Shown here: positions 25,414-40,611 of the stretch, piece by piece | Layout of the letters: the number at the start of each line of letters is the position of its first letter | Numbering within the stretch: the stretch's first letter is position 1 | Assembly: GCA_950097015.1 (NCBI GenBank) | Contig: CATNEN010000007.1 | Span: 2,728,001 to 2,792,000 of the forward strand | Direction of reading: 5' to 3' | DNA: 64,000 nt | DNA from: Macrostomum hystrix | Lineage: Eukaryota; Animalia; Platyhelminthes | Position numbers and translations under genes: made by a program | The notes under the pieces: generated by a model | Seen by the model: the letters and a program-made list of their open reading frames with translations, nothing else | Databases searched by the model: none | Told to the model about the DNA's origin: nothing

Positions 25414-26512
25414 ATATGAGTAGGGTGTTATAAGTCCTAGGATGTGAGTAGGGTGTTATAAGTCCTAGGATGTGAGTAGGGTGTTATAAGTCCTAGGATG
25501 TGAGTAGGGTGTGACAAATCCTAGGATGTGAGTAGGGTGTTATAAGTCCTAGGATGTGAGTAGGGTGTGACAAATCCTAGGATGTGAGTAGGGTGTTATA
25601 AGTCCTAGGATGTGAGTAGGGTGTGACAAATCCTAGGATGTGAGTAGGGTGTGACAAATCCTAGGATATGAGTAGGGTGTGACAAATCCTAGGATATGAG
25701 TACGGTGTGACAAATCCTAGGATGTGAGTAGGGTGTGACAAATCCTAGGATGTGAGTAGGGTGTGACAAATCCTAGGATGTGAGTAGGGTGGGACAAATC
25801 CTAGGATGTGAGTAGGGTGTGACAAATCCTAGGATGTGAGTAGGGTGTGACAAATCCTAGGATATGAGTACGGTGTGACAAATCCTAGGATGTGAGTAGG
25901 GTGTGACAAATCCTAGGATGTGAGTAGGGTGTGACAAATCCTAGGATATGAGTAGTGTGTGACAAATCCTAGGATGTGAGTAGGGTGTGACAAATCCTAG
26001 GATGTGAGTAGGATGTGATAAGTCCCAGGATGTCAGGAGCTTAGGATAAGACCTAGGATGTGAGTAGGATGTGATAAGTCCCAGGTTGTCAGCAGCTTAG
26101 GATAAGACCTAGGGTGTCAGGAGGGTGGGATAAGTCCTAGGATGTCAGGAGGGTGGGATAAGTCCTAGGATCTGAGGAGGGTGGGATAAGTCCTAGGATG
26201 TCAGCAGCTTAGGATAAGACCTAGGGTGTCAGGAGGGTGGGATAAGTCCTAGGATGTGAGGAGGGTGGGATAAGTCCCAGGATGTCAGCAGCTTAGGATA
26301 AAACCTAGGATGTCAGGAGGGTGGGATAAGTCCTAGGATGTCATGAGGGTGGGATAAGTCCTAGGATCTGAGGAGGGTGGGATAAGTCCCAGGATGTCAG
26401 CAGCTTAGGATAAGACCTAGGATGTCAGGAGGGTGGGATAAGTCCTAGGATATCAGGAGGGTGGGATAAGTCCTAGGATATCAGGAGGGTGGGATAAGTC
26501 CTAGGATCCCAT
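25414..26512. repeat. 28-bp minisatellite (GGATGTGAGTAGGGTGTGACAAATCCTA grading to GGATGTCAGGAGGGTGGGATAAGTCCTA)
   Basis: Period 28 measured; sequence changes gradually along the array. Confidence 0.94.
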
Positions 26513-26675
26513 GATCCCATCCCATGACTCTGGGTCAGTACTGAAAGCAAGGCGTCAGCGTGTTGTCTATTGTTGTCGCAAGCAAGCACAAGCAGTGCAC
26601 TTTCGCTAAATATTTTGAGAAGCCAATCGATCCCTTTTAAAATATCGCCGGTGGCAGTCGGACTACCGGTTCTCC

Positions 26676-27610
26676 ATGGACCAGGTGGTCCCAGGCCTGT
26701 GGCTGGGGGGCCGCAACGCTGCCAAGAATGCTCAGGTGCTGCACTCCAGACGTGTGAGTCGCATCCTGACTGTGGACGAGCTCAACCTGCCGGACAAACT
26801 GCTAGCCCAGTTCGACGAGCGGCGTCAGCGATTCGTCCGGCTGGAGGATAATGGCGGACGGGAGAATTTGCTGAGCAAACTGCCCGAGTGTCTCCAGTTC
26901 ATCAGCGAGGCAATGGACAGCGGACAGAATATTTTGGTGCACTGGTGAGTGCTAGTGCTCACCTGCTAGTAAAAGCAATCACGAACCAAATAACTATATG
27001 CCCAGGAGATCCTTGGTTCGGAGCCGATTCATCAGCTCACAATTCACTTTTTCAGTCGTGTTGGGGTCTCACGCAGTGCCTCGGTTGTGATTGCCTACCT
27101 GATGCGCAGTCGGAGACTGTCCTTGCAGGCGGCCTTCGATCTCGTTAAGTCTGCGCGGCCAGTGATTGGGTGAGTGTGTTGTCAGTACACAATTGATAAA
27201 GTACATCAGACGATTTAGATTATTTCCCGGTCTAAACCTTCAATTTCGGTGCACAACAACGACGCATCTGTGTCCCAAGGCCCAACGATGGCTTCATGCA
27301 GCAGCTGCGTCTGTTCGAGCGGATGGGCTGCCAACTCGATGCTGACAACGCCGAGTACAAGGAGCTGCTCCTGCGGCTGTCCGCGTCGGCTCAGACATCT
27401 TGCAGTCATGCTCGCAGAGCCGCTGCTGCGGCTGATGCTGCTGCTGCTGAGGCCGATGCTGTCGCTGATACTTCTTCTGATACTTCTGCTAATGTTGCAG
27501 CTGATACTGCTGTTGATGCTGCTATTGATGCTACTGTTCAAGTTCCATCTGATGCTGCTAATGTTGCAGCTGATACTGCTGTTGATGCTGCTATTGATGC
27601 TACTGTTTAA
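26676..27610 (+). CDS. Dual-specificity phosphatase, DUSP12/YVH1-like, with no C-terminal zinc-binding domain; join(26676..26944,27056..27169,27280..27610), 237 aa
   Basis: MDQVVPGLWLG...ILTVD...ENLLSKLPECLQFI. The active site VHCRVGVSRSA is rebuilt across the phase-2 intron 1. PNDGFMQQLRLFERMGCQLDADNAEYK resembles DUSP12. The exon sum is 714 nt, a multiple of 3. Confidence 0.88.
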
Positions 27611-28462
27611 GTTCCAACTGATGCTGCTAATGTTGCTGTTGATGCTGCTAATGTTGCAGCTGATGCTGCTACATTAGATAATGACATTGGTAGACCAGAG
27701 ACTTAATGACATTCAGATGTTGACACGTTTTTTGTTATTTTTGTAAAATCTTTGAAATTTATGATTCAATGCAATTTTTTGATTTATTATATATATTCTA
27801 ATAAGATAAACAAATAGCTCGACGAGATTGGTATGTCGTTGATCGATAATCTAGCACAATTTTATAAAGCGAATTGCAGCCATTGCAGCATTTCATTTAC
27901 GACTTATCGACCATACTCGTATTGAGTATTCTTTAGTTATACAGTGCGTGCGCCAGTTGTTAGAGCCTCGAAATTATCATCGAGAGGTCGAAAAATTAGA
28001 TCTCAGTCCAGTGGAGACCATTCTCGTAGTGGTCTTGGGCGTTGCCACTGAATAATTTATTGCTGCAGTTTATTTTAGCATTAAAATATTTGCCAACTTT
28101 GCTGAAGTTCGGGTGCAGGTGTGTGGCGGCACAGTCCATGGACTGAACAGCTAGCTGTTCGATGTGTCACTTATGGCTGACTGATGTCAAATGTATTGCT
28201 CTTTGGAGTAAACTGACCGCAGATTTATTTTGAATCCATAGTTACCTAATATACATTATTAATTTATACAATATTAACATATTGTAATTTTTGTCTGCTG
28301 TATTGCTATAAGAACTAAATTCATTCTCATGGCTGTCTATGGCACAAAGTGGGGATAAAAGTCAACATATTTCGGCATGCAATTCTTTCCGTTCGAGTGT
28401 GGTGAAGCTAATGGAGATTTACTATGAAATATTAAGGCCAGTGGTGCACCAGAATCAGCGAC

Positions 28463-30715
28463 ATGGAAGACGTTGCCAGCACCACCAAGGAGGTGGCACA
28501 GAATCACAAGTTAATATTCTTTCACAATGACACGCGAATTTTCGGCGACTGGATGGCACCACCAGTACCGGCGGGCAAGTCGACGGACAATTCAAGCAGT
28601 AAGTCTGGGTGTGTGTGTTGATGAGCGGAGTTTGGCAGTGAGGTGGGTGTTGATAAGCGGGGTTTGGCAGTGAGGTTGGTGTTATGAGCGGGGTTTGGGA
28701 GTGAGGTGTGTGTTGATGAGCGTGGTTTGGGAGTAAGGTGGGTGTTGATGAGCGGGGTTTGGGAGTGAGATGGGTGTTGATAAGCGGGGTTTGGGAGTGA
28801 GATGGGTGTTGATAAGCGGGGGTTGGTTTGAAGGTTGACTTCACTGACACAAATTGTGTCCTTTAGCAAGACACTTGACTCTGCATTGTTTCAGTTCACA
28901 CAGCTGTTAAACGGGTACCAGCATCAGCTGGGGCTATTGAGGGTCGGTGCAGTGGCGTCCCCCCAGTCCATAAACTGAACAGCCGTACCACAGGCCTTCA
29001 GATGCGCCGACTATAGCTGCCCAATAAGCAGGGATTGGGAGTGAGGTGGGTGATAATGATGATAAGCAGGGGTTTTTGCTGAGTACGGATTGCGATTCGG
29101 AAGGTTTTAAAATGAGCATTCTAGCTATGCGCTTTCTAAATATTCATCAAAATGTAAAAAATGTTACAGAAGGCGTTCACATCACCGATCCCATGCATCG
29201 CTTCTTCAAGGAAGTGATTTTCGTCGACGACGCGGTTGCCGTCAGTCGCCTTCGTTTGGCGCAGGGCCCGGAGGCCCGCATCGATCTTGACTTCCAGCTG
29301 GCTGGCTCCTGGTACCAGCAAATACAGCTGGAGCTTGACGGCACCTCCATTTGGCCTGGCCAGGACGGCAGCTACGTTGTTGTGAGTGGCCACTCTCGCA
29401 GGATAAACCCGTTTGAATCCTTTTTATTCCGAGCCCCCAACTTCTTTCGTTTACTTAACAGTAGAACTACCAAGGGGGGGGGGAAATTCCCCCTGACAGT
29501 TTTTTTTGCTGCACCCGAACGGAACAATGCAAGCACACGAAACTCAAGAACACGGGCCAACTTTTTGTTGCGCACCTTCTGAAACAAGAAACAAGTCGCC
29601 AGCTCTTCAGACCGTCGAGATATTTAATGTTTCTGGCCGAAGGTCCGATTTTTTCCCGTAAGCGCTAGTGTATTTCATACACCCCTATGCACGAATTTGC
29701 ACTGCGCCTCAGTGCGGCCTTGCCAGGCCTTCAAAATTGATCAGCATGTCACCCGAGTGTGCCTGCATCATCTCCGTCTTCGGTGGTCACCTACCTTTAT
29801 CTAGACAGACTGCTGGACCTTCAAGGGCTACAACAGGTGGAACTAGGCCACTATGGACACCCTGACGCGAATTTCTCAAATTTCTCAAACCACAGGACAC
29901 CATCGCCTAGTCTGTCAACCAATTAGTCACCACCCAACGCTGTTAGCATTCGGGCGCTGCCAAAAAAAATTGTCAGGGGGGTGGAAATTCCACCCCCTTG
30001 GTATAAAAACGGGCGGCAAAATGGCTTGGTAGTCCTACTGTTAATAGGCTTATTCAAGCCCACCTCACTTTCTTTCCTATTTACAACCCACATCCAATCC
30101 CCGTACACCAAAGTCCTCACTCCTTTCCCCTATTGGCCAATCCCATCCAAGTTCTGTACACCTACCCCACTCCCATTTCTAATGACCAATCCCATCCAAG
30201 CTCTGTACGCCCACCTCACTCCTTTCCCCTATTGGCCAATCCCATCCAAGTTCTGTGCACCCTCCTCACCCCTTTTACGCATGGGCCAATCCCATCCAAG
30301 CTCTGTACGCCAACCGACTCCAATTTCTTTGGGCCAATCCCATCCAAACAACTAATTTACCGTACCGCCGCATCATTTTCAGTGTAAGACCTACTGGAAG
30401 ATGCGCAAACTGGTGGTGCTAATCAGCGGCGATAAGAACCAGCTGACCTGGGACGACCGACTGGAAAGTTGCATGCTCGTCATTTCTGTCTCCGAGACCG
30501 ACGCAAGCAAACTCGAATTGGTGAGGAGTTTTAGAAAAAATCGGATTGCTTCAGATGTTGTAGATCTCATTCAACTGAGTGGCTGCTTACCAACTTTTCA
30601 GTGGCTGAAGTGGCGTACACCGGTGGACACTGGAGAGCACTTTTATCGCAAGGTTTTCAAGCGAGTGACGGCCAAGGAGATTCTGATTTCCGACCAGCAA
30701 CTCAAGAAGGCCTAA
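28463..30715 (+). CDS. Uncharacterised 199-aa protein, possibly calycin/FABP-like; join(28463..28598,29170..29381,30383..30520,30602..30715)
   Basis: Four GC-richer segments have strong donors (GTAAGT, GTGAGT, GTGAGG) and phase-compatible acceptors (phases 1,0,0). They total 600 nt, with no internal stop and a TAA end. IFGDW near the N-terminus and RKVFKRV near the C-terminus recall calycin motifs; the fold call is weak. Confidence 0.65.
28612..28825. repeat. 32-bp G-rich minisatellite (GTGAGGTGGGTGTTGATAAGCGGGGTTTGGGA)
   Basis: About 6.5 units in intron 1 of the uncharacterised gene. Confidence 0.88.
29459..30040. mobile_element. piggyBac-type non-autonomous element (582 bp), TTAA TSD
   Basis: TTAA at 29455-29458 and 30041-30044. 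16-bp TIR: CAGTAGAACTACCAAG / CTTGGTAGTCCTACTG (1 mismatch). An inner inverted repeat (TACCAAGGGGG...CCCCCTGACA...CCCGAA) abuts the TIR at the left end and is offset by a spacer at the right end. Confidence 0.9.
30085..30348. repeat. ~50-bp degenerate minisatellite (core GGCCAATCCCATCCAAG)
   Basis: The core recurs at about 30136, 30184, 30234, 30285 and 30332. Confidence 0.8.
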
Positions 30716-31155
30716 GCCTGATGCTTGACAGTATTGGCAGGACTACTTTGAGTAGAATTAGAGTTTTAATTGTTTTTCTATATAAAATATTAACGCAGTC
30801 CAAATAGAAGATTACAGCCTATTTTGTACTCGCAAACTCAATATCTCTCTTTGCTTTTTTCCATCTTAAGAAACGCAGAAGAAAACTAAAAACAGTTAGA
30901 AAAAAACTCGCCGTCTGTTTACGTAGGTGGCCGTTTGTCTTCTTAAGCTCGTTTGGGCTGTTTAATTTAAAGAAAGAAAGACAGACAGAAATTAACAGCT
31001 GAAAAGACGAGTTGAGACTGGGGCGCAGGGGGGTCTGTCAGAGTTCTCTCGCTGTGCATCCACAGCTCATTCCAATGGGGGTAGAAGATTTGGAATATAT
31101 GGTAAGTTTGGACTGGCAGTCAGCAGAATCTGAGTAGTTGGTTTTAGTTCCAACC

Positions 31156-34100
31156 ATGGATGCGCACTTTCTGAGCGAGTTCAGTCACGTCGCCAAGTCG
31201 CACGGCGTCTACGCCGAGGACTTCGCCGACCGGCTCTGCTCGCGCTACACCTCGATAGGACTGCTAACGCTGGCCGCGGTCAGTGTGATGCGGCAGTACG
31301 TGTTCAAGCCAATCCAGTGCTGGGTGCCGGCCAACTGGCCTCGGCCGTGGGAGGAATTCGCTGAGAACTTCTGCTGGACTCAGAACACCTACCGGGTGGC
31401 CATGAGCGACTCGGCGCATCCAGAGGCCAGGGAGAGAGGCGCAATGGCCATCAGTGAGATCCCTCTATCTCACCAGGCTCGCTGAAACTCATCACAGACT
31501 ATCTGAAACTCACCACAGACTCTCTAAAACTCACCACAGACTCTCTAAAACTCACCACAGACTCTCTAAAACTCACCACAGACTCTCTAAAACTCACCAC
31601 AGACTCTCTAAAACTCACCACAGACTCTCTAAAACTCACCACAGACTCTCTAAAACCCACCACAGACTCTCTCAAACTCATCACAGACTCTCAAAATCAT
31701 TACAGACTCTCTCAAACTCATCACAGACTCTCAAACTCACCACAGACTCTCAAACTCATCACAGACTCTCAAACTCATTACTGACTCTCAAACTCATCAC
31801 TGACTCTCAAACTCATCACAGACTCTCAAACTCACCACAGACTCTCAAACTCATCACAGACTCTCAAACTCATCACAGACTCTCAAACTCATTACTGACT
31901 CTCAAACTCATCACTGACTCTCAAACTCATCACAGACTCTCAAACTCACCACAGACTCTCAAACTCACCACAGACTCTCAAACTCATCACTGACTCTCAA
32001 ACTCATCACTGACTCTAAAACTCACCACAGACTCTCAAACTCATCACTGACTCTCAAACTCACCACAGACTCTCAAACTCATCACTGACTCTCAAACTCA
32101 TCACTGACTCTCAAACTCACCACAGACTCTCAAACTCATCACTGACTCTCAAACTCATCACAGACTCTATAAAACTCACCACAGACTCTTAAACTCATCA
32201 CTGACTCTCAAACTCATCACAGACTCTATAAAAATCACCACAGACTCTATAAGACTCAATACAGACTCTCACAAGGCAATCGTAGACTCTCATTTCCTTT
32301 AGCAATTTTCAGTTATTTTAAACAAAACAGGCCCTCTCGCACCTGAATCGCAGGCTACTACCAGTGGGTGCCCATCATGCTGATGGTGCAGGCCCTACTG
32401 TGCATGGCGCCTCACCAACTGTGGCTGATGACGTCCCGCCGCATCTCCGGCTTCGATCCGCACTCGGTGCTGAGATTCGCCGCCGAGGTGGAACAGTCTG
32501 GCAATCCTGAGACCAGCAAGCGGCTGCTCACCTATGCTGCCTGGCACCTGGCCTGGTCCGCCAGGTTCAGAGGCCAACCTATTGATCAAAACCGAAGCCA
32601 GACGAAGCAGCGGCAAGATCAGAAGCAGTCTAGAAGCAGAGGCTGTTCTGAAAAGTTGCGACAAAGCGGGTGCGCCCTGTTTTGGCTGTACATTGTCTGC
32701 AAACTGGTGCACGCTGGACTTGCTGTCGGACAGGTGAGCCTGGCATTCAAAATACCTTGCCTTATACTCGTAATAGTAGTAATAGTATTAATTACTGTAT
32801 CGATGAGAGCTGTGGGTACTCAAGCGCCATTTGATGACAATCGACCTACAGACAGCGAGGAGGCCATAGTGTTCATTCCGCTGTCTCCTGAGCACATAGG
32901 CTCACAGATACCGTACGCTGGCACACACAGGTGTGTACATCTGACCTGACTTTCTAATCGTCAGGTCAAAAGGACACCTCAGACAAAAATACGACTGCAA
33001 AGTGAAAACATCTTTAGGGAATCAAAACTTGAAATATTTAAATCTTTCATCTTTAAATAAGACACCCCAGTTTAACAAAGGATACCCAGTTAAACAAAGG
33101 ATACCCAGTTAAACAAAGGATACCCAGTTAAACAAAGGATACCCAGTTAAACAAAGGATACCCAGTTAAACAAAGGATACCCAGTTAAACAAAGGATACC
33201 CAGTTAAACAAAGGATACCCAGTTAAACAAAGGATACCCAGTTAAACAAAGGATACCCAGTTAAACAAAGGATACCCAGTTAAACAAAGGATACCCAGTT
33301 AAACAAAGGATACCCAGTTAAACAAAGGATATCCAGTTAAACAAAGGATACCCAGTTAAACAAAGGATACCCAGTTAAACAAAGGATACCCAGTTAAACA
33401 AAGGATACCCAGTTAAACAAAGGATACCCAGTTAAACAAAAGATAAGCCAAACTAAGCAGACAGCACCCTGTTGGACAGAAAATGTCTCGCCTTTGCCTC
33501 ACAGAGAATGCATAGCTCACGACTGGCAGCCATTCATTCTTCCTTATACTAGATCTTCCTGCTCCAAAGCTTCCTCGGCTTCAACAGCCCGCTGTTCGGT
33601 TGGAAATGCGCCAAAAACCTGCTTCTCGGCGGCCAGTGGCAACAGACCGGAGTGTTTCCGCGCCTGACTTTCTGCGACCTGCCGATGCGGCACGTGGGCC
33701 AGTGGAACGTCCACTCGGTCCAATGCGTCCTGGCCTCCAACATGGTGAATGAGAAGATCTTCATCTTTCTGTGGTTCTGGTTCGGGTTCTGCTGCCTGGC
33801 CAGCCTCGTGTACACTGCTAGCTGGCTGGCGCAGCTGCTGCCGCCAACGGACCGGCGTCGGCTAGTTCGCCGACACCTGCGACTGCACGCCGGCCACGCC
33901 AGGGGCAACTCGCGCGAACCAATCGACGCATCGGCTGACCGGTTGTTCCGGCTGCTTCGCCTGGACGGCGCCCTCCTGCTACAGATGGTGGCCGACAATC
34001 TGGACTGTCTGTGTGCTGCGCAACTGCTCGACCGCTTGCTGACTGCGGCTGACAGAGCCAGGGACGTCGGGGTGTTCTGGCTGCCCGATTCCAACAGCGG

Positions 34101-34197
34101 CGACAGCGGCCTTGACAGCGAGTCCGAGCAGGAGAGCTTGAATCACGCCAAGTCTCAAAAGGGCGAAATGTCCTTTCTGAATGCTTCGTCGGTTTGA
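31156..34197 (+). CDS. Innexin (gap-junction protein); join(31156..31453,32354..32733,33553..34197), 440 aa
   Basis: EDFADRL, QYVFKPIQCW...AENFCW, SYYQWVP (rebuilt across a phase-1 intron), FPRLTFCD...VQCVLASNMVNEKIFIFLWFWF, and LRLDGALLL. Four extracellular cysteines are present. Confidence 0.96.
31485..32275. repeat. 21-bp then 19-bp minisatellite (AAACTCACCACAGACTCTC[TA]) in innexin intron 1
   Basis: Read directly. Confidence 0.94.
32772..32966 (-). mobile_element. SINE fragment (3' half), innexin intron 2
   Basis: CAGCGAGGAGGC...CCGCTGTCTCCTGAGCAC...CAGGTGTGTACATCTG is the reverse complement of the SINE core. Confidence 0.75.
33062..33443. repeat. 19-bp minisatellite (GGATACCCAGTTAAACAAA), ~20 near-identical units
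   Basis: Period 19 measured. Confidence 0.96.
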
Positions 34198-34299
34198 ACC
34201 ATAGACTAAGAGTACAGGACTGCGAAAATAGGATAATATATATGCAGATTATGCAGAGCACCTAGCATTGAAGGTTAATAAGCGTCAAAATACCGAAAG

Positions 34300-34590
34300 C
34301 ACCCTGAAGCACTGAAGGATATGTGATGGGGCTGAAGCACTGAAGGTAAAGATGTGATGGGGCTGAAGTACTGAAGGTAATGATGTGATGGGACTGAGAC
34401 ACTGAGGGATATATGACGGGACTGAGGCACTGAAGGTAATGGTGTGATGAAGCTGAAGCACTGAAGGATATGATGTGATGAAGCTGAAGCACTGAAGGTT
34501 ATGATGTGATGGGACTGAGGCACTGAAGGATATGATGTGATGGGACTGAGGCACTGAAGGATATGATGTGATGGGACTGAGGCACTGCTG
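34300..34590. repeat. ~31-bp minisatellite (GCACTGAAGGATATGATGTGATGGGACTGAG) 3' of the innexin stop
   Basis: Read directly. Confidence 0.88.
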
Positions 34591-34943
34591 CAAGATGCCT
34601 TAGCAGTATACATTATGTAGCTAAGCTAGACTGGACAAAGCTGGAGTTATATCTAAATAAAACGGCAGGCTTGTTCATGCACTAATATACGTATGGAGCT
34701 GCAGTACACTGATGCGACAGCAAATGTATAAAATCAGGTGAATGACATTCACGCTTTTGATATTTCCTCAGTTTAGAAAAAAATAAAAACGATTTTTTCT
34801 TTAAAATATGTTCTTGCGTAATTTACTCGATCGAAATCTATCTTGCATATTTTTACTTCTTGTGGATGCACTTTCCTTAAGCAAGAAATTAATCAAAACA
34901 CGTTATTAAAATCCCGAATCCTACCATAATCCTCTATCATATC

Positions 34944-35112
34944 AATTGGTGACACTAGACCCGCAACCAGTGGGGAGGCAATTCTGCCCATTTCGCTGAC
35001 TCCTGAGCACACACGCGCACAGATAATGTACTCAGTCTAACGCTCCCACAGGTGTGTACATCTGCCCTAACTTTCTCATCGTCAGGCAGTGTACACTTCA
35101 CTGTGCCTTGGC
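34944..35112 (-). mobile_element. SINE fragment (5'-truncated)
   Basis: TGGTGACACTAGACCCGCAACCAG...GGAGGCAATTCTGCCCATTTCGCTGACTCCTGAGCAC...GTGTACACTTCACTGTGCCTTG matches the SINE body in reverse. Confidence 0.85.
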
Positions 35113-35679
35113 GTAAATCAATCCTAGCCCTGATGTACAGAATCGCAGGCGCCTTCTTCAATGTGCAACACTTTCAAAAGAAGGATGAAATTTAGATAAC
35201 ACAACAAAGAAAACACAGATTATATAGCAATAAAGTATGATACAAACACATGATCATATATAGGCCATGAATGCACACTGGACAGTTGTTACGAGTGGAC
35301 AATAAAGAACATGTTTATATTTAGGCTTACTTTAAGTTTAACTGACACGAATTGTGTAATTTCGCAGTCTTATTTCTTATTTAGCGGTTTTCATTAGCAA
35401 ACTGATAGAGAATAGTGCCCCAACGAATAGGCTGAACTTGATCAAAGGATAATGAGGAAAAATCACTGCTATAAACCCATGACAGAGATGCAACAGAGAT
35501 ATGCAACACCAGCTCAAAGCTAAGTACAGGAAACAGTCTGAGCACTTCGCTAATAAAGCAGGGCTTCGGAAAATGAACAGAATTATTGTTGTGTTTTTTT
35601 AATTTAACTGAGAAACCTGCATTTGGCTTATATTTTATCACTGGGGAAGGTTAAAGTACGAAAGGAGGTATTGTATAAG

Positions 35680-35992
35680 GGTAATGACCAAAGCTTTAGT
35701 GGACTGGGGAAGGGTAATGACCAAAGCTCTAGTGGACTGGGGAAGGGTAATGACCAAAGCTCTAGTGGACTGGGGAAGTATAATGACCAAAGCTCTAGTG
35801 GACTGGGGTTTGGGGAAGTATAATGACCAAAGCTCTAGTGGACTGGGGTTTGGGGAAGTGTAATGACCAAAGCTCTAGTGGACTGGGGTTTGGGGAAGTG
35901 TAATGACCAAAGCTCTAGTGGACTGGGGTTTGGGGAAGTGTAATGACCAAAGCTCTAGTGGACTGGGGAAGGGTAATTACCAAAGCTCTAGT
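35680..35992. repeat. 33/39-40-bp minisatellite (TAATGACCAAAGCTCTAGTGGACTGGGGAAGGG)
   Basis: Read directly. Confidence 0.9.
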
Positions 35993-36277
35993 GTAGAAGT
36001 AGAGATAGAGCTTAGTAAGTAGAAAGTAGAAAGTAGAAATCTTATTATAAGAGAATAAAAACTTTTAAAAAGTAGGCAGCGATATAGATTAGAGCAGAAT
36101 CATATATTTTATTAACATAGTACTGCAGGCTATACTACTAGCAGTAGGGCAAGCTTGCCGATTAACTTGCACTTGACAATATTATTTCAGGTCTCTTATT
36201 TTTGTGAGGCTAGCGCCGACAGTAACTAGCCAAAATATATACTGGAATCATTAACGGCTTGTGTCTGTATGTCCAGC

Positions 36278-40069
<3,792 letters not shown>

Positions 40070-40611
40070 CTAAGTGGCTGGCGCTGGCAATGGAATCGGA
40101 AAAAAGGCGATATCTAAGCAAAATTTCAGCTATTCATCTTAGAAGCTCAGCAGTGATTAAAAAATAATAATCTTATAATAGTAATAATAATACAAGAGAC
40201 ATTTTCCTACTTGCTTTTGCATACACTAACTCACTCACGAATAGATCGATAAAGTTGAATGGCGCCACTTTCTGGCGAGTGTTGCCGGCTCCCCCGCTGA
40301 CAAATAGGTGGGCAGCAACTGCAACTAGGGTGCAAAATTCGAGACGAGAGTCCATGGGATGAAGTTACGGGAATAACAGCTTGGTCAGCCTTGACATGCT
40401 AAGAAAGCCAGAAAGAAATGCATACTATTTCTGTGTGATTGCAACTCACATGCATTGACTTGAACCATAATTTTTTCATAGATCTCTAATACAATTAAAT
40501 GCTTATGATGACTAGGATCCACTTTGCAGTATACAATTCTGTGCTATGTGGCATACAAAGTTACAAGACAAAGGCTATATTAGTACATAATTTATTGATT
40601 TGAGTTGGAAA

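Noticed and set aside
28900-29020. VHKLNSRTTGL peptide resembling the RluA pseudouridine synthase HRLD motif
   Set aside because: Catalytic Asp absent, the frame ends in a stop, and the gene model is complete without it.
29713-29870. Candidate extra exon of the orphan gene; weak resemblance of the region to the glycogen debranching enzyme N-terminus
   Set aside because: It lies inside the piggyBac MITE and no single frame is phase-compatible at both ends; skipping it gives a clean ORF far too short for AGL.
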